Shown: positions 21,823-31,300, numbered from the stretch's first letter. The stretch is DNA of 64,000 nt from Candidatus Saccharimonadia bacterium (GCA_035544015.1 DATKIP010000064.1:2131-66130), one strand, 5' to 3'. A program made the numbers and translations. The notes: generated by a model from the sequence alone, not told the origin.

Positions 21823-22329
21823 CTATTTACCCAACTGGTGCTCTTGGTCGTGGTGGGCACCGGCCACCCGCCAAGGCCTTTCAATGCCGTCAAAAGCCTT
21901 GATCGCCTCCTCGCGCAGCACACCGCCAACCACTTCCGGACGGTAGTCCCAGTCTTCCGCCAGCTGGGCGATCCGAATCTTGCGCCGGCGAAACAGGTGC
22001 GGCAGGTCGTCGCGGTAGAGGCCAAACGCCACCCGTGCGATGTTCGACTGAAAAATCGCCGCCGAACACATGGGGCACGGCTCGGCCGAGGCGTAAATGA
22101 CACAATCGCTCAGATCGCGCCGACCCAGCTTCCAGCAAGCCTCGCTGATGGCCAGCATTTCGGCGTGCGCCGTCACGTCGGCCTTGCGATGCTCGCCGTT
22201 CTCGGCCGACACCAGCACCTTGCCGCCCTGCACCAGTACCGCCCCAAACGGAAACTCGCCGCGCTCCTTCGACACTTCTGCCTCCCGGAGCGCTAGCTTC
22301 ATAAACTCTTCATTGACCCAATCTGCCAT
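21823..22329 (-). CDS. CMP/dCMP-type zinc deaminase (TadA-like nucleoside/tRNA adenosine deaminase)
   Basis: HAEMLAI ... PCPMCSAAI zinc-binding motifs. Confidence 0.75.
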   Translation of the reverse strand: MADWVNEEFMKLALREAEVSKERGEFPFGAVLVQGGKVLVSAENGEHRKADVTAHAEMLAISEACWKLGRRDLSDCVIYASAEPCPMCSAAIFQSNIARVAFGLYRDDLPHLFRRRKIRIAQLAEDWDYRPEVVGGVLREEAIKAFDGIERPWRVAGAHHDQEHQLGK

Positions 22330-22377
22330 TACCCGAAACTCTACAGCCTCTGCCGGTCCGGTGCAACCACAAAAACC

Positions 22378-23319
22378 CTACGGCTCCCGAATCACCGGCG
22401 TCTCCAGCTCCACCTGGATGTGGCTTACGATCGGCGCCCGCCTCCGCACCCGCGCCTTGATCTCGTCGATGATCCCCTCAATTTGCCGCGTCTCCAGCCC
22501 GCCCGCCATGTGCACCTCCACGTTCACGAGCAACCGCTCCGACCCCAAGTACATCGTGCGCAAATCGAGCACCCGCTGCACCTCATCCACCTCCATCACG
22601 GCATCGCGGATGCGGTCTTCAATGTCGCTCGTGGCGCTGCGGCCCACGAGCAAATCCTTCACACTGCTGATGAGAATAATCGCCAGCACCGCGGTGGCCA
22701 GACCAATCGTCACCGAACCGATTCCGTCAAACCGCGCGTTGCCGGTGATCTGGTAGAGCCCAATGGCCGCTAGCCCAAACACCGCCGACGCCGAACCCAA
22801 GAAATCCAGCACCAATGTAGCTTTGGTCTCAATGAGGCTCGAATGCCGAAACCGCTGCCAAGCACTCGGTCCCACGTGCGCCCCCCGCAGACGCCGAATG
22901 CTCAAGCTCAGCGCGTAGCCGTTGGAGGCCAGCCCAATGCCGAGCGCCAAGTACGTTAGCCATACCTCCTGGATCTCCTGAGGATGAATCAACCGCTGCA
23001 CGCCAAAGATCACCGACAGCGTCGCTGTGAGAATAAACATCGTCACCCCGGCCATGAGCACCCAAAAAAACAGCTCGCGGCCGTGCCCAAACCGGTACTG
23101 GCGATTGGCTCGCCGCCCGGCCCGGCGAATGCCTACCAGAAGCAGCGTCGACGTCAGCAAGTCGGCGCCACCCTGCAGCGCCTCGGCCAGCATCACCACG
23201 CTGCCGGTGAGCATCGCCACCCCAAGGTTAAACACCACATCGCTAAAATCAACGGCAAACGACGTTATGATCACCCGGCGCGCCGAAATTGGAACCTTTG
23301 CTATGCCGCGACCCTTCAT
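22378..23319 (-). CDS. Cation diffusion facilitator (CzcD/FieF-like) transporter
   Basis: Six TM helices and a CDF C-terminal domain. Confidence 0.85.
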   Translation of the reverse strand: MKGRGIAKVPISARRVIITSFAVDFSDVVFNLGVAMLTGSVVMLAEALQGGADLLTSTLLLVGIRRAGRRANRQYRFGHGRELFFWVLMAGVTMFILTATLSVIFGVQRLIHPQEIQEVWLTYLALGIGLASNGYALSLSIRRLRGAHVGPSAWQRFRHSSLIETKATLVLDFLGSASAVFGLAAIGLYQITGNARFDGIGSVTIGLATAVLAIILISSVKDLLVGRSATSDIEDRIRDAVMEVDEVQRVLDLRTMYLGSERLLVNVEVHMAGGLETRQIEGIIDEIKARVRRRAPIVSHIQVELETPVIREP

Positions 23320-23387
23320 TACCTCACTAGTATAACCGCTTTAGCCGCCGCCCGCCTTTGCGCCACCCGCGACTCATCGCCACCCCA

Positions 23388-23432
23388 AAAATACCTGACA
23401 TTTTACATGCCTGCTAAATGTCAGGTATTTTC
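23388..23432. terminator. Bidirectional intrinsic terminator: 16-bp perfect stem AAAATACCTGACATTT / AAATGTCAGGTATTTT with A/T-rich flanks
   Basis: Seen in sequence, downstream of the minus-strand GNAT gene. Confidence 0.6.
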
Positions 23433-23471
23433 TCGCATATAGCCAACCACCTCCCGCTCGAAAGGGCGGCC

Positions 23472-23981
23472 TTAGCTATCGCTCAGCGACTTCGCCCAGG
23501 CAATCTTCTCCTGCCCCGGACCGTAGAAATCCCTGTCCAAGAAGATCGGCTCGCCAAACCGCTCGTTCCAAAAGCCGTAACCCGATTCCCGGTTGCGCGA
23601 TCCGCTCACCACAATGAGCTTCGTAAAGCCCAAATCCTTCGCCCGCTGCTCCAGCCGCTCCGCCAGCGCGCGGCCCACGCCCCGCCCGCGCCAGGTGCCA
23701 GCTACGTAGGCATTCACGAGCTCCGCCGGCCGCTCACTAGGCCAATGTAGTGCCGCATCGATACCCACGCCGGTGAGTCCCATCAAGCCGACCACCGCCC
23801 CATCACCCGACTCTGCTACCAGGTACTGCCGCTCGGAGTCGCCCGCCGCACTCCGGCGTACCGCCTCCAAGATGGCGCTGATATCGTCCGCCAGCACCCA
23901 CTCGTCCAGAATCGGCCGAATCGCCGCCGCATCCCCGTTCCGCACCGCACGAATTACCCCGTCGAAATCGCGATTCATCAC
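23472..23981 (-). CDS. GNAT family N-acetyltransferase
   Basis: Acetyl-CoA binding motif RGRGVGRAL. Confidence 0.7.
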   Translation of the reverse strand: MMNRDFDGVIRAVRNGDAAAIRPILDEWVLADDISAILEAVRRSAAGDSERQYLVAESGDGAVVGLMGLTGVGIDAALHWPSERPAELVNAYVAGTWRGRGVGRALAERLEQRAKDLGFTKLIVVSGSRNRESGYGFWNERFGEPIFLDRDFYGPGQEKIAWAKSLSDS

Positions 23982-25318
23982 AGCATCGATCGCGCATCAT
24001 CGCTAGGCGACGGAAACGCGTAAATCGGCGCCTGGAATTGCTCCACCGTCAGCCCCGCCTCGATTGCCAGCGCAAACAGGTTAATGATGTCCTCGGCGTG
24101 ATTGCCGACCAGGTGCGCCCCCACGATTTTGCCTGTCTTGGCCTCCACCAGCGTCTTCGACATCGTATGCTTCAAGTTGGTGCGCTTGGCGTCGAACCAC
24201 CCCGACATATCCTCGGTGTGCACCCGCACGTCCAGGCCCTGTTCGGCCGCCGCGTGCTCCGTGAGGCCCACCATTGCCAATGGCGGCTCCGTAAACACCA
24301 CACTCGGCGTCGAGCGGTAATCCGGCTGCTTCGTGGGCGTGCCGAGCAGGTTGTCCGCCACGATCGTCCCATGCAGCCGGGCAATGGGGGACAGCGGCGG
24401 CCCCGCGGCGGCCGCATCACCGCCCGCGTACACCCGCGGGTTCGTGGTGCTTTGCAGGTGCTCGTTCACGCTCACCCCGCGCCGCTCGTAGGCCACGCCC
24501 GCAGCCTCCAGATCCAGGCCCGCAATCGCCGGCACCCGCCCCGCGCCGTGCACCGCCACATCCGCCTCGTGCCGCCCGCCGCCATCCGTGTGCACCACCA
24601 CGCCGCTGGCCGTCTGCTCGATCCGCTCAGCCGCCGCTCCCAGCACCACCTCAATGCCGGCCTCCCGCGACGCCGCCACCAGCGTCTTCACTGCGTCTAG
24701 GTCAAATACCCCGAGCGGCCGCTCGTCGCGATGCAAAATCGTCACCTTCACGCCAAACCGCGCCGCCACGTGCGCCAGCTCAAACGACACATACCCGCCG
24801 CCCACAAACACCATCCGTTGCGGCAACTCGGGCAGACTCAAAAAATCATCGCTCGTCACCAAATGCTCCGCCCCGGCCAGGTCCAGCTCCATCGGCGCCG
24901 CCCCCACGGCGATATGAACATGCTTGGCCTCCAGCCGCTCGCCGTTGACCTCCACGGTCGTCTCATTCACAAATTTCGGCGCGCCCTCGTACAGCTCCAC
25001 CCCCGCCTTCTCCAGCGCCTCTTTCGTTTCGCCCGACACCGGCCCGGTAAACGTATCCTTAAACTTGATCAACTGCCCCCAATCCAGCTGCGCCGGCTTC
25101 GTCACAATCCCCAGCTCCCCAAACCGCCGGCCCGCATCCGCCATCTCGGCCACGCCCACCAACACCTTCTTTGGGATGCACCCGCGGTTGTCGCACGTCC
25201 CGCCCCACACCTGGTTGGCCTCGATCACCGCTACCCGCCACCCCGCCGCCCGGCACCGCATCGCCACGCGATACCCCGCGCCGCCGCTGCCCAAAACCAC
25301 CAAATCATACTGCTTCAT
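23978..25318 (-). CDS. FAD-dependent pyridine nucleotide-disulfide oxidoreductase (dihydrolipoamide dehydrogenase / glutathione reductase family)
   Basis: LVVLGSGGAG FAD motif and redox-active GGTCDNRGCIPKK. Start placed at MKQYD with a GGGAGGGG SD. Confidence 0.85.
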   Translation of the reverse strand: MKQYDLVVLGSGGAGYRVAMRCRAAGWRVAVIEANQVWGGTCDNRGCIPKKVLVGVAEMADAGRRFGELGIVTKPAQLDWGQLIKFKDTFTGPVSGETKEALEKAGVELYEGAPKFVNETTVEVNGERLEAKHVHIAVGAAPMELDLAGAEHLVTSDDFLSLPELPQRMVFVGGGYVSFELAHVAARFGVKVTILHRDERPLGVFDLDAVKTLVAASREAGIEVVLGAAAERIEQTASGVVVHTDGGGRHEADVAVHGAGRVPAIAGLDLEAAGVAYERRGVSVNEHLQSTTNPRVYAGGDAAAAGPPLSPIARLHGTIVADNLLGTPTKQPDYRSTPSVVFTEPPLAMVGLTEHAAAEQGLDVRVHTEDMSGWFDAKRTNLKHTMSKTLVEAKTGKIVGAHLVGNHAEDIINLFALAIEAGLTVEQFQAPIYAFPSPSDDARSML

Positions 25319-25335
25319 ATACCCCTCCCAAATCC

Positions 25336-25803
25336 TCAATCATTAACATTTTCCTGATCCATCGCCGGCCGCGCCCGATAGAGCCGCAAGTCAACCTGAG
25401 TAATAATCGATAGGGGAGTCGGCAACGCATCCAGTGCAAACCACCCGATCTCGTCGCATTTTTCCGGCTCCATGATGCGGGGCTCCCGGTCCGGCTTCAG
25501 GGTCGCCAAAAACGTCACCGCCACCCAGTGCTGGCCTTCCGCCGGAATCAAGTGATCGACCGCCGGAAAGGTATCCACGATTTCAATCTCCACCCCGTAT
25601 TCTTCCAAAATCTCGCGTCGCGCCGCCTCCTCCAGCGTCTCGCCAAACTCTACACCGCCACCCGGCGTCTCCCAGCATCCGCGCTCATTCTTCACATTTT
25701 GGCTCCGCTTAGCCAAAAAAAGCTCACCATTATGATTGAAAATCATCGCTCCAGCCGCCACGCCGATATAATCAATGCCTGGCTTCGGAGTCATCCTGCT
25801 CAC
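25336..25803 (-). CDS. NUDIX hydrolase
   Basis: Canonical Nudix box GGGVEFGETLEEAARREILEEYGV. Confidence 0.8.
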   Translation of the reverse strand: MSRMTPKPGIDYIGVAAGAMIFNHNGELFLAKRSQNVKNERGCWETPGGGVEFGETLEEAARREILEEYGVEIEIVDTFPAVDHLIPAEGQHWVAVTFLATLKPDREPRIMEPEKCDEIGWFALDALPTPLSIITQVDLRLYRARPAMDQENVND

Positions 25804-26189
25804 GTAATCTCCGGGTAGCGGTCGGCGTTGTTTCGATAGTATTCAACCCAGGTATCATTTTCGCCAACTTCAACGCACTCAACATACAAGCCGAGCCGAA
25901 ACGGTCCATACTTTTCGTTTTTGCTAGCCTGAGCCTTCGATACCTCTTCCGCACCCACGCCCAGCAGTTCGCGCAAGTCATCGAGCGCCTGCTGCACATC
26001 GGCGATCTCCGATGCCACCTCTTCTGGGCGAGCAGTTAATATTTCTTGCGCTTCTTCCGCAATCTTTTCCACCAACCGCTCTTTATGTTCGTCCTTCTCA
26101 AGCTTACGAAAAGACGGCCGGCCACCGTCAGCAATTCGCTCCACAATTTTATCGCGAACGAGCTTCTCGAAAGAAAACTTCAACATCAT
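25800..26189 (-). CDS. All-alpha NTP pyrophosphohydrolase (MazG/HisE-like), tentative
   Basis: Small helical protein with EExxE-type acidic motifs (EEVASEIADVQQALDDL). Confidence 0.4.
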   Translation of the reverse strand: MMLKFSFEKLVRDKIVERIADGGRPSFRKLEKDEHKERLVEKIAEEAQEILTARPEEVASEIADVQQALDDLRELLGVGAEEVSKAQASKNEKYGPFRLGLYVECVEVGENDTWVEYYRNNADRYPEIT

Positions 26190-27097
26190 TCCAGGTCCTG
26201 CTTAATAATTTCCTTGCGCAGCCACATGCGGTCGGCCCTGGCTACATCGCCCTCAAACTTCACGCCCAGCAAGTCCGATACCCAGGCCTGCACGGCTGGG
26301 TCTTGGCAGACGAAGTAGCTGCTGCCCTCATTGACACTCACCACATTCACGAACCATTCGGGCTTCATCGCCGCCAGCTCCTGCTCGATGGTGGCCTGGT
26401 GCCGGCTCACCACTTCAGCCGCATCCCACACCACCAGCTGGCCAACGCCAAGCGGGCGCGGAAACGTCTTGAAGGTCAGAATTTTGGAGTCATTACGAAT
26501 AGACGTCGTGGCATCGGCCAAGATCGCTTCCTGGCACTCGGTGAAGTATTGAGCGGTCCAGCCGTCGGGAATGTCGGCGTGGGCGACTAGCGCTCTATAG
26601 GCGGTCCGATCACGCTCGGTCGTAACGTGCGCCTTAAAGTTCAAGGTGTTGTCCAAAATGCCCGATACCAGCAGCTTCGCGCTCGTTTCGCTCATGGTAT
26701 CGGCCAACCCTGCCGCCACCCACCGCTCGTAAACTAGCGTGCAAGCCGCACCGATAAACTCAATATGGGCCTTATCGCCAATTCGCTCCTGCCAATATTG
26801 CTCGAAACCTGGGTGATGGTCGATCACCTCGTCCACTCTGGCCAGATCCACAAACCGGTCGAAATGCTCCGGGTCGGAGATGTCGATGAGCGTAAACATG
26901 TCTGTGTCGTTGGGCGTGTAGGTGGTATTGAGCGGCGCCCGCCACGACCGCACCGTCTGACTGATGCTTTCGTTCCAGACCGCCGTGCTAACGGCCTGCG
27001 CCTGCTCGCCCCGAGCTTGCAGGAGTTCAGCATAAGCAATCGCCCCCGCATAGGCGTCTATATCCATATACCGCGACCCGGCAGTAACAATCCTCAT
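26186..27097 (-). CDS. DHH-family phosphoesterase (NrnA/pAp-phosphatase-like)
   Basis: DHH motif (IDHHPG) and DHHA1-like C-terminus; start placed at MRIVTAG. Confidence 0.7.
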   Translation of the reverse strand: MRIVTAGSRYMDIDAYAGAIAYAELLQARGEQAQAVSTAVWNESISQTVRSWRAPLNTTYTPNDTDMFTLIDISDPEHFDRFVDLARVDEVIDHHPGFEQYWQERIGDKAHIEFIGAACTLVYERWVAAGLADTMSETSAKLLVSGILDNTLNFKAHVTTERDRTAYRALVAHADIPDGWTAQYFTECQEAILADATTSIRNDSKILTFKTFPRPLGVGQLVVWDAAEVVSRHQATIEQELAAMKPEWFVNVVSVNEGSSYFVCQDPAVQAWVSDLLGVKFEGDVARADRMWLRKEIIKQDLE

Positions 27098-27211
27098 GCG
27101 TAGAACAATATCATAATCGTATAATGCGTAAAATATATACAAAAACAGAGAAACCGACCAAAAATGTATAGATATTTGACATTTTGTATAGTTTTAGTGC
27201 AAAATCTAAGC

Positions 27212-27943
27212 ATGCCTAAAAACAACAATTTAGTTCCGATAAGTGAGGCCGCAAAGTATTTGGGTGTTACGGTTATGACCTTACGGCGCTGGGATGAGTC
27301 AGGGAAGCTGCCGGCTCTTAAGAGTCCCGGCGGTCACCGATACTATCACCGAGACGCGCTTGAACGTTATAACGCCGAGCTTTTTAGATTGGCCCAAATA
27401 TGGGCAGCAAGTGACGTGGCGCCAAATCTCCCGCCGGCAGACTACTCCGATACGCAGGATAGATTTAGGGCCAGGTTAGACCGAATGGCCAATCTTATAA
27501 ACCAAAACCCCGAAACATCCGTAGCGGCATCTCTAGTTACTGCGATGGCAGGAGAAATAGGTAATAATTCATTCGACCATAACTTAGGAAATTGGCCCGA
27601 TATCCCAGGCCTATTTTTCAGTTACGATCTAAATAGGCGCATCGTTGTACTAGCCGACCGAGGGGTGGGAATTAAAGCGACATTATTGAGGGTGCGTCCA
27701 GAAATGAAAGATGATATTGAAGCACTAACGGTTGCTATGACAGAGTTTGTATCTGGCAGAACCCCCGAACAAAGAGGAAATGGCCTGAAGTTTGTGCGGA
27801 CAGTAGCGACACAGAATCCAATAGGAATTGCTTTGCAGTCGGGTGTAGCAATCGCCACAATTGAGAAGGAAGGTCCTAAAGAACTAAGAGTAAGGCTTGC
27901 AGATCACTTCATTCGCGGCACATTAGCTAGAATTGAGTATTAA
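27212..27943 (+). CDS. MerR-type HTH fused to a GHKL (RsbW/SpoIIAB-like) ATPase/kinase domain
   Basis: MerR/excisionase-like HTH ISEAAKYLGVTVMTLRRWDESG. N-box EIGNNSFDH, G1 DRGVGI, G2 GNGLKF. Low-GC, AT-rich upstream region. Confidence 0.6.
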   Translation: MPKNNNLVPISEAAKYLGVTVMTLRRWDESGKLPALKSPGGHRYYHRDALERYNAELFRLAQIWAASDVAPNLPPADYSDTQDRFRARLDRMANLINQNPETSVAASLVTAMAGEIGNNSFDHNLGNWPDIPGLFFSYDLNRRIVVLADRGVGIKATLLRVRPEMKDDIEALTVAMTEFVSGRTPEQRGNGLKFVRTVATQNPIGIALQSGVAIATIEKEGPKELRVRLADHFIRGTLARIEY

Positions 27944-27945
27944 TT

Positions 27946-28212
27946 ATGAGAATCGAACTAAAAAAATTCGGAGATGTTCTTACTTCCCGCCCAGCGGGCA
28001 AAGAGGCCTTTGCGGCAATACTCCCAACATTAAACCCCAACGAAAGCAATGTAGAGATCGACTTTAGTAGCGTTATTTCTCTTGCACCCTCTTGGGCTGA
28101 CGAATTCTTCAGAGCATTAGAGGAACTCTATGGGGATCGAGTTATCTATATGCCAAGTGATAATCCGTCTGTAAAAGCTACGCTGGCTATTATTCGTGAT
28201 CAAGCAAAATAG
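27946..28212 (+). CDS. STAS-like domain protein (DUF4325 family), partner of the upstream GHKL gene
   Basis: 88 aa with an EIDFSSV motif (conserved DF of DUF4325); 2-bp spacing from the upstream gene. Confidence 0.55.
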   Translation: MRIELKKFGDVLTSRPAGKEAFAAILPTLNPNESNVEIDFSSVISLAPSWADEFFRALEELYGDRVIYMPSDNPSVKATLAIIRDQAK

Positions 28213-28292
28213 GGTCCTACAAAACCGTACTTCGGGCTCTCCGAATCGACTTATGCCAATGTAAATAGTCCGACTCCAAGGCGTGGAGGACG

Positions 28293-28766
28293 TCAAAGCA
28301 GCACTGGCCTCCTGACGGTGATTGCTTGGCCGCTTGAGGTATCGACGCCGTCAGCGCGCAAACTAATTTCTTTAGGGGCAGCCCTATAAATGCGCCATGA
28401 CGCCTCGCCCGTCACCTCGGCCGGGCTGCCAATAGTAAATTTATCCGGTTGTGGCCGGGTATGCAGCGCCGCAATAGCAATATCAATGTCGGCCGGGCTC
28501 TCCAGCTCGACTGCCTCGGCATCAAAGTAAACACCCCCAGAATTTGTCGGCGGCTCTTGGCCAAAAATAACTATCCCCACTTGTGACCTGGCGCGCACGT
28601 TGCTGGAGTGGCGGGCAGCTTTGGCCGAAACCCAGTACAAGTTGAAGTCCTTATCGGGGGCAAAGAATAATGTCGAAGCCCATGGCTTACCGTCGGCATC
28701 CGCCGTCGCTAGCGTCATGTGCACGTTTGTCTCGATCAAGCGCTTGGCTTTTTCGGCATCATTCAT
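28293..28766 (-). CDS. Pyridoxamine 5'-phosphate oxidase-like FMN-binding split-barrel protein
   Basis: PNPOx-like N-terminal motif TNVHMTLATADADGKPW. Confidence 0.65.
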   Translation of the reverse strand: MNDAEKAKRLIETNVHMTLATADADGKPWASTLFFAPDKDFNLYWVSAKAARHSSNVRARSQVGIVIFGQEPPTNSGGVYFDAEAVELESPADIDIAIAALHTRPQPDKFTIGSPAEVTGEASWRIYRAAPKEISLRADGVDTSSGQAITVRRPVLL

Positions 28767-28772
28767 AGTGGG

Positions 28773-29675
28773 CTAGAAATCCGCAATCACGAGCTTTTTC
28801 ATTTCCATCATATGAGCAAAGGCTTTCGGTCGCCGCATGAGCTCGTCCACATTCGCCGGCGCTACCTGCCAGCTCACCCCAAACTGGTCTTTGCACCAGC
28901 CACATTGCTCCGCCTCCGGCACGGTCGAGAGTTTGCCCCAAAAGTAATCAATTTCAGCTTGGTCCTCGCAGGCCACCGATAGCGATACCGCCTCGTTAAA
29001 AGTAAAATCCTGCCCCACGCCCGAGTCCATGGCAGCAAACCATTGGTCTCCCAGCCTGAAATCAGCGAACATGAGCGACCCGGCTTTAGCCGGCCCCGTG
29101 TCTTTGTCGTAGCGCGCCATCGTACCGGTCTGCGAGTCCTTAAAGACCGACGTATACAACTTGATAGCCTCCTCGGCCTGGTTGACGTGGCCCGCGCCAA
29201 ACATCAAAGCGGGGACAATAAACGGACGTGGCTCGCCCTCCGGCTTCGCCAGGCTCAGCTGCCAGGTGAGTCCGTAGCGATCCCTCACCCAGCCGTAACG
29301 CTTGCTGTACGGGTATTCGTCGAGCGCCATGAGGGCTTCGCCGCCCTCGATCAGCTTGCCCCATAGCTCGTCGAGATGCTCAGCCGCCGCATCGTCGCGC
29401 GACGGGTCAAAGTTCACCATAAACGAAATCGACGGGTTGAATTTAAACTCAGACCCGGCATTAATGGCCACAAACTCCTGGCCACTCAGCTCAAATGCTA
29501 TCGTGAGCACCTGTCCGGCTAAGTCTTTCTGAAAGTCGGCCAGCCCGTCTTCCGCGCTCTCGGGGTAGTGGGTGGTGTCGGTGATGCGGCTATCCGGAAC
29601 CGCCGATACATAAAAATCCACTGCCTGCTTGGCATTCCCGCCAAACCATAAATTGGGGGTAATTTTTTGTGCCAT
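28773..29675 (-). CDS. Tandem VOC/glyoxalase-fold protein (PhnB / 3-demethylubiquinone-9 methyltransferase-domain family)
   Basis: Two repeats of the ITPNLWF...FYV and W...DQFGVSWQ pattern; start at MAQKITPNLWF. Confidence 0.65.
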   Translation of the reverse strand: MAQKITPNLWFGGNAKQAVDFYVSAVPDSRITDTTHYPESAEDGLADFQKDLAGQVLTIAFELSGQEFVAINAGSEFKFNPSISFMVNFDPSRDDAAAEHLDELWGKLIEGGEALMALDEYPYSKRYGWVRDRYGLTWQLSLAKPEGEPRPFIVPALMFGAGHVNQAEEAIKLYTSVFKDSQTGTMARYDKDTGPAKAGSLMFADFRLGDQWFAAMDSGVGQDFTFNEAVSLSVACEDQAEIDYFWGKLSTVPEAEQCGWCKDQFGVSWQVAPANVDELMRRPKAFAHMMEMKKLVIADF

Positions 29676-29820
29676 GGCGCGCCCTCTATTAATGCTGTCA
29701 CTACCGTTATACCAGCAATGCCGGGCGCGCGCATGTACGAGCAAGACAAAAACAGGCGCTCATGCCCGAACTGGTGGACTAGCCGCTCTGGGGTCCCCAC
29801 GGCAGTTGTATAATTACGCC

Positions 29821-30183
29821 ATGGAAGACGCCCAGGCCCATAAGCTAACTACAAAAATTAAAGCCAACATGATTGCCGCCACGAAGGCTCGAAAGAGCGT
29901 TGAAGTGAGTGCGCTTCGGTCTCTACTGGCTAGGATATCTAATGCAGAGGCAGTGCCGGCGGATCAAAGCCATATAGCATCCAGCAGCATCGCGGGGGCC
30001 AGCGTCGGTGTAGGATCGACCGAAGCGCCGAGAAAGCAACTTTCCTACATGGATGTGCAAGAGATAATCCAGGCTGAAATTCAAGAAATTCAGGCGGCCA
30101 AACAGCGGCTAGATGGGTCAAGCGACTATGTAGCCGAGCTTGACCAGAAAATCGTCATAGTGAGTGCCTATCTGGAAAAATAA
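29821..30183 (+). CDS. GatB/YqeY domain protein
   Basis: MEDAQAHKLTTKIKANMIAATKARKSVEVSALRSLLARISNAE matches the YqeY family. TATAAT lies 8 bp upstream of the ATG, so it may be leaderless. Confidence 0.7.
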   Translation: MEDAQAHKLTTKIKANMIAATKARKSVEVSALRSLLARISNAEAVPADQSHIASSSIAGASVGVGSTEAPRKQLSYMDVQEIIQAEIQEIQAAKQRLDGSSDYVAELDQKIVIVSAYLEK

Positions 30184-30206
30184 CCCGCTCGGCATAGCAA
30201 GCGGCG

Positions 30207-30998
30207 TTAGAAGTGAGCCAGTACGTCCTCAACGCATTCTGCTAATCTGGTTAGAGTTGGGATTAGCGGCTCGGAGTGAACGATGCCATCAACATTAAAA
30301 GCGAGCTGAATATCAAACTGTGTATCATCGTGCGACGTGTCGCCTGAAGGAGTCGAGAAAAGTACGACTCCTTCGGATATCACCACTTTATCGTCTGGGA
30401 CTAACCCAATCTGCACGGATGGGGTATCCTGCGTCCACTCCATGCCTGGCTCATCAGCAAATGCTTTGCGGAAGTGAGCGCCAAGGTCTACCACCACAGC
30501 CTGATGATTGGCCGAGATAGATAGCATGAAATGGTGTTTATCGGTGATATCCAGCTTGTGAATCAACCAAAGCGAGTTATTCCCGCCCTCGTATGGGGCA
30601 AGGCCAGTAATCGTAGCGATATGCTCGGAAGACATTCCTCGGGTTTTTTGTAAGACGCCGTTAGCGTATGATTCGGCATCCTTAAATATCGGAAACTCGG
30701 TGGCTCGCCCAGGATCGACACCATTGGACAAGATAAGGGCGTAGTTTAAATGATCGAGCGCAGTACGCAAATTATGTATCACATCACCGGCTTGCGTTTG
30801 CAGTTCTGCCGGGATTTCCCGAACCGAAACCACCTGCCATTCTCGTAACCCTGTTTTTTTGTTATCAACAATGGCTACGTCATAGGGTCTGCTACCGTAA
30901 AATAACTGAGTCGTATTAGTCATCTCGCCCAATAGAATTTTTGCCCGCTCAAGCTTATGTCGGGCACTATTCAGGTTTGGCTGTGCGCTTGCTTCCAT
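30207..30998 (-). CDS. Hypothetical protein with HEPN-like Rx4H motif, in a low-GC patch
   Basis: NLRTALDHLNYAL contains R-x4-H in a helical context; no other recognisable domain. Confidence 0.4.
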   Translation of the reverse strand: MEASAQPNLNSARHKLERAKILLGEMTNTTQLFYGSRPYDVAIVDNKKTGLREWQVVSVREIPAELQTQAGDVIHNLRTALDHLNYALILSNGVDPGRATEFPIFKDAESYANGVLQKTRGMSSEHIATITGLAPYEGGNNSLWLIHKLDITDKHHFMLSISANHQAVVVDLGAHFRKAFADEPGMEWTQDTPSVQIGLVPDDKVVISEGVVLFSTPSGDTSHDDTQFDIQLAFNVDGIVHSEPLIPTLTRLAECVEDVLAHF

Positions 30999-31062
30999 GA
31001 GGGTCCTTATCTGTCTCTACGGTGTATCAGATATTACCACTACGAGAGATTAATTGAAGTCC

Positions 31063-31092
31063 ATCAAAAAGAGGCCCACAAAGGCCTCTTTT
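31063..31092. terminator. Bidirectional intrinsic terminator AAAAAGAGGCC-cacaa-aGGCCTCTTTTG
   Basis: GC stem with A and T tracts on both sides; seen in sequence. Confidence 0.55.
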
Positions 31093-31095
31093 GTC

Positions 31096-31114
31096 ATATA
31101 ATTCCTGGCTCCGA
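31096..31114. repeat. Direct repeat (attR-like): CA[T]ATAATTCCTGGCTCCG, duplicating the 3' end of tRNA-Asn
   Basis: A 16-bp perfect match (19 bp with 1 mismatch) to 32343-32361, which spans the 3' acceptor/CCA end of tRNA-Asn. Confidence 0.6.
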
Positions 31115-31149
31115 GTCGTATCGGAAGTCAGAACTGCTTTGAGAAGCGA

Positions 31150-31295
31150 AACCTAACAAAGAACCCAACATAGGGCACTAGGATGCTGACATAGAGAAAT
31201 AGCTTATGCCTAACAAAGAACCTAACATACAACTAACATAGAGTTGACATAGAACCTAACATAGAGTAAAATAGAACCTAACATAGAATTAGAGG
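31150..31295. repeat. Iteron-like array of direct repeats (core AACATAGA / GAACCTAACATAGA, at least 7 copies)
   Basis: Examples: CCTAACAAAGAACC[C/T]AACATA x2; GAACCTAACATAGA x2; ...gacatagag...; ...taacatagag.... Seen directly upstream of the wHTH gene. Confidence 0.55.
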
Positions 31296-31300
31296 AAGAT

